From positions 21,488,386 to 21,552,385 of the forward strand of contig JBOZIK010000001.1 in NCBI GenBank assembly GCA_051453625.1: a DNA stretch of 64,000 nucleotides. The letters run 5' to 3'. The stretch is from Welwitschia mirabilis. Taxonomy: Eukaryota. The notes beneath the pieces are model-generated. The model did no database searches, was not told the origin of the DNA, and saw only the letters and a list, made by a program, of their open reading frames with translations. Made by a program: the position numbers and the translations under genes. Shown piece by piece: positions 37,511-51,037 of this stretch (positions are counted from its first letter, which is position 1; every line of letters begins with the position of its first letter).

Positions 37511-38978
37511 TGATCTGTCCGGCAACAATCTGGAAGGAAGAATACCGGCGAAGATCTACAATCTCACATACTTAAGCCGACTGAACCTTAGAGGCAACAA
37601 CATCAATGGCAGTATTCCAACAACCATGGGAAGATTAAAATACATGAGTTATCTTGACTTGTCAAAAAATTCTCTCTCCGGAGCGATTCCTTACACATTA
37701 GGGAACATGACACGACTAAGTTATTTTAATGTTTCACTCAACAAGCTTGAAGGAGCTATACCTAACAATTCTGTAATGAACAAGTTCGGTTTTGAATCTT
37801 TTGCTGGCAATTCCGCATTGTGTGGATCTCAGGTAAACACAAGCTGCATTTCCCCCTCACCGGCTCCATCCTTCCAACAGATTAGAAGAACGAGGGTCTT
37901 GACTGTATCTGCTATAATTGCCATAATTGCAGCTGCAGTGATAGCTCTGGGAGTGGTCATAATTACTCTGATGAATGTGAGGGCTCTGCGGAGGAGGAGG
38001 ACTGAAATGCTGGTCTTTGAAAGCACGCCTCCCTCTCCAGAAACCACTTCTATTATCGGGAAACTTGTTCTTTTCAGCAAAAGCCTGCCGTCCAAGTATG
38101 AGGATTGGCTTGCAGGGAATAAAGCTTTGCAAGACAAAGAGTGCCTCGTCGGAGAAGGTGTAATTGGGACTGTGTACAAAGCTACATTCGAGGGAGGAAT
38201 AACTATTGCTGTGAAAAAACTGAATACGTTAGGGAGAATAAAAGGCCAAGAGGAATTCGAACAAGAAATTGGGCGGCTAGGAAATCTTAGGCATCCTAAT
38301 CTTGTGGCATTTCAGGGGTATTATTGGTCATCTACCACGCAGTTAATTTTGTCTGAATTTATCTCAAATGGGACCCTCTATCATCATTTACATGAAGGTC
38401 ATCCTGATCATACCCTCCTATGTTGGGCAAGGCGATTCAAAATCGCTCTTGGAACCGCCAGAGCCCTTGCTTACCTCCATCATGATTGCAAGCCACGCCT
38501 CCTGCATTTTGATATAAAATCCACAAATATTCTAATTGACGAGGATTTTGAACCAAGGCTCTCAGATTATGGGCTTGGAAAGTTGTTGCCTATGTTGAAT
38601 TCTTATATATCGAGTAGAAAGTTTCATAATTCTGTAGGATATATTGCGCCGGAGATTGCCAATCAGAGTTTGAGGCTTTCAGAAAAGTGCGACGTCTACA
38701 GTTTCGGAGTGGTGCTGCTGGAGCTTATTACAGGTAGGAGACCTGTTGAAAGTTTTAATTCAGAAGTCATTATTCTTTGCCAGCATGTAAGGTCTGCCGT
38801 GGAGCGAGGGGCAGTTGCAGCATGCATTGATCCGAAATTACATAGAATCCCTGAAAATGAGGTCATGCAGGTCTTGAAGCTTGGACTTATGTGCACTTCT
38901 GAAACACCTTCGAGGCGGCCCAGTATGGCCGAGGTCGTTCAGGTTCTGGAGTCTATCAATTTCAATTCGGAAATGTAG
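37511..38978 (+). CDS. LRR receptor-like kinase, exon 2 (last LRRs, TM, kinase); spliced CDS 2655 nt, 884 aa
   Basis: Acceptor TTTGCAG at 37510 restores the frame (FLIEL-DLSGNNL). TM VSAIIAIIAAAVIALGVVIITLM; IIGKLVLFSKSLPSKYEDW juxtamembrane motif of At1g12460-like RLKs; kinase motifs AVKKL, HFDIKSTN, DYG, GYIAPE, DVYSFG. Confidence 0.95.
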
Positions 38979-40426
38979 AGAAGCAATTCTTTTTTATTTG
39001 GCATGTCCATTCAATTTCTTCCTGTGAAAGCATGATTATTTTGATTTTCAATTTTTTACCGTTGTATCTACTTCTTGAGATTATTCAAGGGGAAAAAAGC
39101 AGCCTTTTTGTTTGTTGAACAAATTCAACCATCAGAGATTGGCTTGTCTTTGGGATAAGCTTTTCTAGCTGTAAAGTGTTTTGAGAGATTAGCATGGATG
39201 CCGCTGCTGTGAACCCCTTTGTATCTGTCGTGGATTCTTTTATCTGTTTGTACCCACTTACGGACATGTCTTAGTGACTGTCAATGGATTCGGTTGAAAT
39301 TGAAAATGACTCCAGAATTACTGCAACTGCTTGTTCATTTGTCTAATCAAAACTGCATCGTGGTTGTTTATTTCAGACTTCATTTTTCAAAAATCTTGAT
39401 GAAAGGAACTTGGTCTTAATGTTTTCTATAAATGTTTATTCACACCCTTGCGATCCCAACTGTCAAACAAGAAGCTCCCGACACAAAATAATGCATAGGC
39501 TTAGAAGGGATTGACGATATGGAACAAGTCATCGAGGTTTCCTTGTTACAGTTTGGCCGGACAGTTATTAGATTCCAAGTTTCTTTGATGACCTTTTTAA
39601 TTAAGCTTACAAATTGTCAAAAACCTGCGTATTTATTGAGGAAATTCTTCTGTACGTTGAATGGATTGGAGAGGGAATTTGTAAAGGAAATGCCATACGT
39701 GTGAATGTGTTCGTCACTGGAAAGACCACCTAAATCTTCTCCTTAACTTGGAAACGATACTTCAGATACACTCCTGGACTCAAAAAGAGTGCGGTAATAA
39801 CGTAAAAACTTTCCTATGCACTTGCTTGTAAATGGCGAAAACGGTGAACGCATTAAAAGCCCCTATATAGCGAGGTCTCTGATAGAGCCTTTATTTTGAG
39901 AGGAATGGCTGAAATGTCTCTGACATTTATTCACTGCTGAAATATTCCCTGTCCTCCCAACAACTCTTCTTTAACACCATTTAGATGTGCCAACTGTTCT
40001 GTCGTCACGCCAAACTCGCATTAAGAAAGGGTGGCTTCGCTTTTTTCTGACATGGATGTTCATTTTAATTATGTGCCAAATGAGCAAAGGATATTAAGAA
40101 TCCCGAAGGTGGGGCTTAGAGAGAGCTAGGGAAGATCGGTTGCTTGGGATGAAACAACTTCCCTTTCTAAGTTATTGAGATTTTTGTATCGAAAGTTTTG
40201 GGGAACCTCCTCATGCACATGACACCGGGCAAGGCTATTTTTTAAAGGACACCATCATAACTTGCAAGGAATCATTTGACTAAGTACAATCCCTTATCAA
40301 ATGCAAATGGTTAGGTGCATGGATTATTGATCGACATTGATGATGTTCCCCCTTCTTAAGATTGCATTTGGTGTAATAGGTTGATTTCATAGAAAGGACT
40401 TTAGTCAATACATGTTTTCCTGGCTT

Positions 40427-40590
40427 AAAAGCATGCACTAACCTAGTTTTTGATATATGTAAATAGTGTAAAGGAACTCATTAAAGCTAACTTGTGTGTG
40501 AGATTTCTTGTATTAAATGCATGCACTAATCCAGCTTTCAATTTATGTGAACACTGCCCAAAAAACCTATAAAGCTAACTCCGTGTATAT
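40427..40590. repeat. Diverged direct repeat, two copies, about 88 bp period
   Basis: GCATGCACTAA...TATGT...TAAAGCTAACT..GTGT occurs twice. Confidence 0.65.
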
Positions 40591-42499
40591 GGGAAAGGGC
40601 TAAGATGATCATGATGATAAAACTGTACCAAGCCTTTATATGGAAATAGATACACAAAAGGCATTAAATTACTTTGAAGTTTGAATTAATGGTACTACAA
40701 ACATGCTTTAATGACAATTGCCTTTGGGAACATGGTGATGAAGAGATAAAGTAAATGCTAGAATCCTTCTAAGCTCATTAGTGAAAACATTCTTCTTTGC
40801 AATGGAAAAAGGAGTTAATGTTTTCTTCTCGATTTACCTCAGACAGTATATTGTAGCATGTAGTGAAGGAAGGAACCTACATACTTATACCAATGCTTGA
40901 TTTGATGTAAAATCCAATGATCATTTCATATGAAATCCATGTTTTTATTTATTATGTATTCCGTAATTAGAAGTTGTAATCAAGGTAATATAAGAGGATA
41001 TGAAATTCAAAGATTTGAAAGTTTTAGGGCAAAGCTAGAACTAATTTCATGAACTATAATTAACATTTTAAATGTGATTAGAAATTGCCTTGGGATTCTT
41101 AGTGACGAAGTTGGTATAGTCAATGCACTACTAATAATAAGAGAATGAGCTTAAAAACATAGGAGCTAGATCAGACACAAAATAGTCCTCCTTTAGAATT
41201 CTTTCCTTAGCTCCCAAGCAACAAACTTTTCCCTGTAGGTTTTGACGTAGTAGGCCACGTTCTAAAAAACTTATGGAGGACTAAGGAAGCATGAATGCTT
41301 AATCAACTTAACTTGATAAAAGCCTAGCTACCCAACTCCTAAACCATAGGAGATTAGTTAAGACTAAAGCAATAGGAAAATTAGATTACGCAAATAGTAA
41401 TATTATATTATAAAATATACTTCCTTTTGAATTTTTAAAATTTTCTTTAATCATTAATAATTAGGTAATTAAATTATAAATATATTGAACATGAGATTCT
41501 TTTCCTCTAAGCATTCTTAAATTATGTTCTACAGGATTTATCTTTATTTTTGCAAAAGTAGAATTAGTTCGTAATTGCTCGATTATGTTTTTAGAGATGA
41601 TCTAAGAAAGATAATTTATCCAATCGTACTAAAGAGATGAAGAGTTGTAGTTTTGAGCGATTGCCTATTCTAATCTATCTAATTACTTCCCTATCTAGTG
41701 GATAACTTCAAAGAGTATTATAAGCTTTTAAAGATTTAAAATCATCTTTGCCTTGACACTTCTGATTTCTATGGATTTTTTAATGTAAATAATTTTTTAA
41801 AGAATCTTTTAATTTTCACAAACAATTCCAAATTGTAGAGCCTCCAATAATGTATGGACCATCAAAGAAATTTTAATAATTTTTTAGACATGCAGCCAAT
41901 AATGTCTAAAACCAATTTCCATTTTTGTATTTAACCACTAAACTATTTTAGTTCAAAGCAAAAGATTTAATGTTTGAAGATGTTTTAAACTAAAATAATC
42001 TTCTTCTCATGATTTACATAAGAAATTTAAATTTTTTTAATGAATGCATTTTTCATCATCAACACTTTTTCACAAAAAAATCGTTTCTAGGTTTTCCATG
42101 TGCTTGACAACTTCTTCTAGAGTCTAAAAACTAGACATCAAATAGTTTAGTAAGGATTAAAGACTGCTAAATGGGCTACACTTTTCTTGTTAGAAAAAGA
42201 AAATTATCTTTTCATGCTGCTAGTCTTTTTCTCCCTATTTTATTTGGGATGCCACTCCATAATTGTATGTTCCTCTCTTTATAAAGGAGGAATATCTATA
42301 TATTTCCTAAGTAAGTTATCAACTGCATAATTCATAATTCCTTAAATTCCTTGAATATGACTATAATGCATTATATAAATGTAAGACATATTTTTTTGAC
42401 ATTAATATTTAAGCCAGAAAATACAAGAAAAACATTTACAAATATCTCAGATACTTTCAAAACTCTTTGTTTTCCATGTCCAAAATATGAAATGGATAT

Positions 42500-43050
42500 T
42501 GAAACCTAGGTGTTTTATTACGGTGGAAGACACAATGGATCTACTGGATAAAATTTATGTACCTCCCGTGATGATCCAAAATTGATTTAATAAAATGGGC
42601 TATTGTAACAGAGTGCATTTGAAACAATTCCTATAGACTTCATGTTATAACATTGCATGTACTCCTTAACAAATGAGTAGTAGGATAGTGAAGAAGAATG
42701 TGTTCCTCATCTTCTAAATCCTCTACACAACAAAAACTACAAATGCGTTCCTTTCTAAGAATGTTTGCCCATGTTTCAGTTTCAATTCTCAAATGATGTA
42801 GAGTTGATTTCACTCTACGTATTAAAGCCACAAAGGAATGTTCACTGCAAGGTGATTTGCTTCACCTTCTAACTAGTTACCTCTAATGTTCAAGAGGTAA
42901 AATTAATATTTTCCCTTGGGATTCGACCAAATCTAGTGAAGAGCTGTACCATTAACTATCTTACAAATGCATTCAATGTTCGATTCATTAAGTCATCCCA
43001 CACCTTAATGAAACTATTCTTCCTCTCTTGATCATTCTAGAGCTTCTTGG
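42500..43050 (-). mobile_element. 3' fragment of a different (non-L1) LINE carrying the C-terminal CCHC-like motif
   Basis: ORF 42640-42831: HHLRIETETW..RKERICSFCCVEDLEDEEHILLHYP matches the LRIETGRW..ERxCxxC..EDExHxxxxCP tail of non-LTR retroelements. Confidence 0.7.
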
Positions 43051-43957
43051 AAAAATTCATTACATTACAATTTTTCAATACTTATCAAAGAATTATCCCT
43101 TTGAGCATTAATTACAACTTTGGGGTACTCCTTGCAAAATACAATTGTTACCACTAAAATAATCATACAAATCACCATTTAATGTAGTATAAAGATATGA
43201 AGAGCTATAGCAAGCTTCTAATAATTTTTGCCCTTGTTTTGAAAAATCAATGTCTTTGATTATTGCTTCAAGGAACTAGTAATTCACCTTATTATACATT
43301 TATTCATCTAATTTGAATGTCATATTAGGTCTTTTTTGTTTACTACTTGAGTGAAAGACCTTGTGAACCAAAATTACATGATCTAAAGTTTTCCCTGCTT
43401 TCACTAAGCCTTCTAATGAATTTAAGATCAAAACTAAAAGAATGATTTTTAATGTTTCTATGAGAACTTTTGACATTATTTTATAAACAACATTGCATAG
43501 CCTTATTGTCCTAAAGATTAATATATTATTGAGATTTATTTTACTCAGAATTAAAGATATCTAAGTAAAAGAAAATTTCTTTGAAATTTGTTTCAAATTC
43601 TGAAACAAAGATAGCTAAAATGTCATCCTAACAATATCTTAATAATGTTGAAAAGTACCAACAAGAAAAGCATTTAAACTTAGAGATTTATTAGGCTTTA
43701 TTTGAAACAAAACAAGAGTTTCTTAGTTTCTTCTATGTTACATTCTTTTCCAAGAAACTACAATTCTACATCTCTCAAATGTCTTTTTCTAAAAGAAATA
43801 AACTTATTAATGTTATTTATGTGTTTGGAATTTTCTAGAAAATTCTTATAATATTATAAAACAAATTTCCCATATTATTAGTATCATTAACTCATCAATT
43901 TTCTGCATTTTTTTGATACAAAATCACACTAGAGTTTTTACTTTGCAGTATAGATTT

Positions 43958-43979
43958 AAAAAAAAAAAAAAAAAAAAAA
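43958..43979. repeat. Mononucleotide A22 run
   Basis: Direct count of 22 A. Confidence 0.95.
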
Positions 43980-46900
43980 CCTAGATTTGCACGACTCTCT
44001 TTAACCCTTTGAATTTTTACCTTTTAAAACTTCTAAGGTTACTCCCATTTTTGTAAAAGATGAAGGTTTAAACTGATTTTATTTCTTTGTTATATAAATC
44101 ATATGTCTACTCATCTTTCTAAATCTCTTTTTGAAGCTATTGAATTTGATAAGCTAAATCATTCTTTTGATTTTTTTTAAATTTAGTATATGAAAGCTAT
44201 GCCAGGATTTTATGTGTTCCTTGACAATAATTAACTTATATCATAATTAGAATTTCTTTAAGTCCCTCCCTTTGGTATTTCATCATTCTTGAGATTTGTT
44301 TTTTCCCCAAATAAGGAAATTGATATCAATTATCCATATAGTTGAAAAACTAGTGTTCATTTTGATCAGTATAAGGTTGAATAAGAATAAACCATTAATC
44401 TAAACCAATATGAGTATTAGTTTGACTCCAAGAGTCTAGAAAAAGCCAAAAAAAACATTTATGAAGAAGCTATTCAACTTTTTAGGAACTAAATTAGAAT
44501 TAGATTTTCTAATTACTCAAATTAGAAATTTGCATAGGAATTTTCATAAAATCATAATTATCTTATCTGTTTTCAAAATTTCGTTTTTTGTATTGTACAG
44601 TGAATAAACTAGGAAACAAGATAAACAAGCTCTCATCTTATTGTTTTCATTCATGAAGAATAGCATTGAAATTATTGTTAATAAAAATTAGATCCAAAAA
44701 CCTTGAAATATTTAAATGTAAAAAGTTCTAAAACCTTTCATGTTCTTTACATATAATTAACAATAAGCACTGACTAAAATAAATAAAACATTTCACATAT
44801 AAAACATGTGACTAGTATTATACTAATTAGTGCAAAGCTCTAATACATTCTAATGTGGAAGTTATAATAATAGAATATTAACTAATTGACCAATTGGTTT
44901 TGAAAAATAAAATCCATACTAGAAGAATCCATTATGAAGAATATGCCATAGATAAATGGAAAAGAAAAATTTCATTTAGCGGCAAATTTTAAGGGTGTTA
45001 ATTATCAAGAGGTTATTACAAGCCCTTGAGTTTTAGCTACACATTTTCATTATGGCATGAAGAGGCAATTTCCTTCATGCCTAATGTTAATTCCTCTCTA
45101 TTATCTTATCCTTTTTATAATACCCTAAAACTTTTGAAGCCATACATATATAAACTGTAGACTCTAAATCTATTTTTAATATACTCAATAAAATAAATGA
45201 CTACTATTTGTAGTAAAGAGCATATTATCATTTTTATCATAATATTATCTTCACTTGAATGAATGAATGATATTTTCTTTAATACTTAAGACATCTTGGG
45301 AAGATAATATTTTTCTAAAAAATGAAAATATATATCAATGTATTTAGATGTACAATTATATCATTCAATCATATGTTTAGATAAGTTAACACAATAACAC
45401 CAATTCATATGAGATATGGAAAACTACAAGGGTAAACCATGGATGAGATCATGAAAAGCTAGCTAAGAGCATAAGACTTATGTCTAAGAAACAAAGATGT
45501 GTAGGATATGTAAATTAATAGTTCATGGATGTTGCGATCTATGACCACAAGAATGGGATGCTTTGAACCACACTAAGAACTGAGGTATGTATAACAAGTG
45601 ACAAAAATAACAGCCATGGTATTTAAAATATCACATCTTTAAAAGTTTTGTATCATGATAACTCCATTGTGTATGGTATCTATTATTAGAAGGAATATTT
45701 TTGTACACGAATTTTGTTATTTCTATGATCCATATTGAAGAATTTATGTATTAGTATTTTATCTTAGTAATGCATATCACTTCTTTGTGGGCACTTTTGG
45801 CTTATCACAACCTTAGAAGGTAAATCCTCATCAATCTAGATACTTCTTAGGGAGATTGATTACTATAGAATCCAAGTACAATGACTAAAACAAATTTTGA
45901 TATTAGGTTATTGCAAAGTTTTAATTTTGTAATCATGGAGTAAAATAAAAAAGGTGATGATTGACGATGGAACAAAGAACGTTAACCTAGTGAACATGGC
46001 ATTAATAAAAGTTTATATGGGTTAATTTTCTAGGTCTATAACTTAATTAAAATTATTAATGAAATCTTCTGACTTGGGAAAATCGACCAATTATGAAAGG
46101 AAAACGAAAAAATAAATAAATATTCATAATTAGTTTCAAAATCTACACAATATTTATTAAATAACGAGATTAGTGCATTGGGGAAAGGAAATTGATGACA
46201 TTATTACAAAACATAAATTAACATTTAGAAAAGAGTAAGACTTAGTTTAAAGCATAATATAGGATTATAAGTAAAAAAGAAGCAATTTGTTAATTTGAGA
46301 AAGGTAAAGAATTGTAAAAGTAAAAAAAAATAAAAATGATATTTTAATTCTAAAAACATATTAGAATGAATGAATAAAGAAATAAAGGTCAAAAGATTAT
46401 TTATAATAGATAAGATATTTTTGAAAAGTAACTTCAAACTAAAATTATTAACATACAAAGATTGACATGAAATGCAAAATTCAAAGGTGCCATGCATGAA
46501 TGTTATTTCCTTTTCTAATGATTCTCCTTCATGTTCAAGTGATGAGGGACGTGAGAGATTATCATCCTTTCCATATTCCTCTTTCTTACTTTAATTCAAA
46601 TAGATGATGTTTATGAATGGATTGGAAATTCACTACTATTGAAACAAGAGAAATGCTAAGTATCACACCATGCAACTATTCTCTTTCTTATGCCTTAAAG
46701 TATAATGTTGTAATGTGGGTGAGTTAGGGATAAGAGTAACATGATAATAATTTCTCTACAAAATGTAGAATCCAATCTCACAAAAGAATGAGGTTATGCC
46801 AATTGTTTCCTTCATGAGAGATTTATTTTGATTATGCAATTCAAAAGTTCCATGATCAATTTAATTTTGTATTATTTTATTTATTTTTAGATTTTCATAC

Positions 46901-47924
46901 ATTTTTTGAATGACGCCTTGATGACTTTACTAGCTTTCCAAATCTATAATAGGTTATAAACCCTTTACTTGTTAAAGTTTTCATTCATATTTTCAATTTA
47001 GAAGTTACATTCATTATTATGGTTGGCTATGCCTCCTTTGCATGATTTAAGATTTCTTGTTAAAAATGCTGTATTGTTACAAGTATTATATTGGAAGTTA
47101 AATTTTATTTAAAGCTAAATTTTATATAAATGATGTTTATATCATATTTTAATAGTTAGCCAAATTTCATATCAATCAAATTTGTGAATTAATAGTTAAA
47201 ATTCATAGACGTTACGTTTGAATATCAAATACAACATAGATAATAAATTTGTAAAAATTAATTTTTAAGCTTTATAATATTAAATTCACAAATCATATAA
47301 AGTTGAAAATTAGTCAAGATAATCTTGTGGATGATAATTTTCAAAGGCAACTAAAACTGCATCTATTACAAATATGAATGATGATTTACAATAATTCTAA
47401 GATAGTGCATTCAATTTTAGATAATAAAATATAGGTCTATTTAAAAAAAAGTGGAAAATGTTTTTGCACAATTCTTATTCTCACATCTTATTATGATTTT
47501 AATCTAGTTGTAATTCAAAGTTTATGTGATTGCATTAAGAAGTGAATGGGCTATGGTTAAAATAGGGACTGCAATTTTCTAATAAAATATCTTGCATGTC
47601 ATATTATAGGGGAAAAAGTTATTTATTATGTTTGTATTGGAGGATATGAGCTTGGATAATAGGATTGCATTACTGAAGAATGGATAAAGTTAAGAAAAAT
47701 TAAATTGATTAAATGACATCCTTTTAAACAAATTTTCAAATGGTTCTTAAGACTAGAAAGTATTAGAAATTAATCCCACATTGATAACATAAAATTAATT
47801 TTTTTTTTTGAATTATAAAATTAGTTTTGTGTATAGTGAAGGTTGCAAAACCTTCTTTTTATCAAGCTTGTTATTTAAGAAAATCTAACTTTTTATGAGC
47901 TTTATATCATTATAATATCACAAA

Positions 47925-48170
47925 ATCCTATATCATAATGAACATCCTATACCATGGTAAAGAACATTTTAAATATGATATAACTAAATTGTTTATATGT
48001 ATTATAAATATAACAAAACATTTTAAATATGATATAACTAACTTATTTACATGTAAGAATAATATAACAGGAGTGATAATGTAATCCCATATGATAATTA
48101 ACATCCTATATCATGGCAAAGCACATTTTATATATGTTATAATAGCTTATGAATACGTAATATAAATATT
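47925..48170. repeat. Local tandem/interspersed duplication
   Basis: ACATTTTA(A/T)ATATG(A/T)TATAA occurs three times and AACATCCTATA(C/T)CATGG twice. Confidence 0.75.
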
Positions 48171-48289
48171 AAATAATTGAGAGAGTATCAAATTTGTTAC
48201 GACTGTGAAACCAAATGAAGTTTGAAACGGGAAAAATAGAGCATGATAAAAATGTAACTTTACTAATAAAACTTGAAGCTTGAACCATT

Positions 48290-49890
48290 GTTTAAAAATT
48301 GGCTTTTCCTATGCTAATAAGGCCTTGCATGATGCTCAAATTAATTACTTCATTACTGAAAGGGAGATGTTAGCTATAATATTTGCTCTTGAAAAAATTT
48401 CTCCACTATCTTATTGGTTATCTTGTTATTATCTTTACTAATCCTACTACTTTGAAATGTATTCTACATAAGCCCTTAACTAAACCTGGTCTTATGCATT
48501 AAGTTGTGCTTATGCAAGAATTTCATATTACAATTAAAAATAAATTAGAAAAAGAAAACCTAATTTCCAATGATTTATCTCACCTTTTTGTACCCGTTGA
48601 TTCATCTAAATTTACTTAAAATTTTCTTAATGAAAATTTATTTGCTGTGAATGCTTTGCCTTGGTATGTCAATGTTACAAATTTTAAATCCTATGGTAAA
48701 CTTCCTAGTAACATGTCTTATTATTATCAAAAGATTTTTTTATCTTAAAAGCGTAAATTTCTTTAAGAACGCCTCTTTTGTTTAAATATTGTACTAATTA
48801 GGTCTTTCAAAGGTCTGTACTTGGAAATGAAATGATTAATATATTAGAATTTTATCATAATGGTGTTTGTGGTAGCTATTTTAGTGGAAAGAAAACAACA
48901 TCTAAAGTTGGCTTCTTTTGACATACTGTTTTTAAAGATGCTAACAAATTTTATAAGTCATGCAATAAATGCTTAAAAAAAGGGTAGAATTATAGGAAAA
49001 ACAAAATGCCTCTCGAACCTATCTTTGTTATTAATTTCATTGGACCATTTCCACCCTCCTTTGGTAATGTTTATAGTCTTGTTTGTGTGGATTATGTTTC
49101 TAAATGGGTAGAAGTAAAAGCTTGTAAAGATTAAGATGCTAAGACTATTGTTAGATTCCTTAAAGATTATATTATATCCTATTTTGGTCATCCTAAAGTA
49201 ATCATTAGTGATCAAGAAATTCATTTTTGTAATAAAATGTTTAGAAATTTTATGCTTAAATATGGTATTACCCATGATGTAGATACTTCTCATCATCTGC
49301 AAACCAATGGCCAAACTGAAGTAACTAAGCATAAGCTTATTAGAAATCTTCAAAAAACAGTTAGTGCTAATAGAAAAGATTAGTTACTAAATTTGTCTAA
49401 TGCATTGTGGGCTTATCGTAAAGATTTTAAAACTCCCATTGGAATGACTTCTTTCAAATTTGTTTATGCTAAATAGTTTTTCTTCCTACTGAGATAAAAC
49501 ATAAGCTTTTAATGCTATTCATAAAATTAATCTTGATTTTGAAAAATGTGCTAAGAATAGATTAGATCAATTGAATGAATTAGATAAAATAAGATTAAGT
49601 TATCATGATAATCAAGTTCTTGCTAAAAAATGAATAAAATCTTATCCTGATCAAATCATTCTTAGGAATACATTTCATGTAGGTAATAAAGTTTTGGTTT
49701 TGAATTCTTGTTTTCATTTATTTCTTGGCAAGTTCAAATCTAAATGGGAAGGTCCCTTTGTTATTAGTCATGTATTTCCTTTTAGCACTATTGACATTAA
49801 AATTCTAACATTGGTCATGTTCAATAAATAAATGGATCTAAACTCAAGTTATTTAATGATAAAAATTTAAATGGGGTTGAGATCTATTTT
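48290..49890 (+). pseudogene. pol: Decayed Athila-like Gypsy pol fragment (RNase H plus integrase)
   Basis: [88 protein letters not shown]. Confidence 0.92.
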
Positions 49891-51037
49891 TAGTCATCTT
49901 TTATATGTAAATGTGATGAAATCTTAAATAAACCAAAAGATAGAAAAATTTGCCTGTATTTCTTTGTTTTACTTAGAAACTTTTAAAAATATTGGTTTTT
50001 TTGGAGAACGAAATAAGAGCTATGGATCTCATGTAATCACCTGCAGAAGGGCTACAAGCTTTATGGAGGACCTACTTTTGTTTGTTTTCCATAAAGTATT
50101 AATCCAAAAATATTTTCAGATTATGTTTTTGAATTTTCCTTTTTCATTTTAGTTTTAATTAAATATGATCAAACTTTATATTTTTAACCTCAAAATTCTA
50201 GTTTTCAATTAAGTTGAGGGGTATAACTAGTTGTTTTCTAATTTTTAAAACCTCCATATTTAATAAAATTTTGTATTTAATGCTTGATCAATTTCTATAT
50301 AATAGTGTATGTATTTCATGTGTGAAATCTGTGAGATTTACTTTCTTATATAACACCATTTTATAATATGATGTTATGGATGTGCTTTTAGTTGATATAG
50401 CTTATATCAACATTTTTTATTTTCTTTTTTACAATTTAATAAAGCTTAATAAAATTTTGGCCTTAATTTTTCTTTAATAACATGTTGAACTTCCTGATAT
50501 GTCTACATTTACTTATTATCTCTTGTGACATATATACATTATCATGATTTCATCACTATTACAACTGTTGCTTTATATGTTGTATTATGTACAAGACTAG
50601 CATTCAGATCCACAATCATCTACTTAAGTTACAAACATCTCGATGATTAATCCTTAGGCTTCGTAAATGATGTAATTTCTCACCATCATGTGAATGACAA
50701 ATGCCACTAAATATTTTGATATAGGTCTGATACCACATCCTGTAGATGAACTTCTTAATTGGTAGTAGGCTTCATTCCTATTAAAATCATCACTTGCACA
50801 AGTTGTACAAGGAGACTAATTCGAGGTTGTAAGGAAGGCTAAATTTTAAATAAAATAAGGTATTAATAGTTAATATTTCACATTACTTTTAAACTTTAAT
50901 ACTACATCTAGAGGTTTTTTGCATTGTTAAGGTAACAGCTATACTAAACATTCAATGAGCTCAAAACGATGCATTATGATCTAGTTTGAGGATTTTCATG
51001 ACACTTGCAGTCAAGAGATCAAGATTAAGGGTGAAAA

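Larger units (their letters stand above)
41480..44700 (-). mobile_element. Highly decayed L1-type LINE ORF2 (RT region), interrupted at about 42500-43050
   Basis: rc RTIRLCNVVYKIMSKVLIETLK..LDHVILVHKVFHS..FKLD (about 43300-43510), LNGDLYDYFSGNNCILQGVPQS (about 43120-43185) and SGLNINVKK (about 42392-42418). Outer limits are approximate. Confidence 0.8.

Noticed and set aside
35980-38896. Minus-strand ORFs (213 aa at 35980-36621, 116 aa at 37829-38179, others)
   Set aside because: Antisense shadows of the RLK CDS with no independent motifs.
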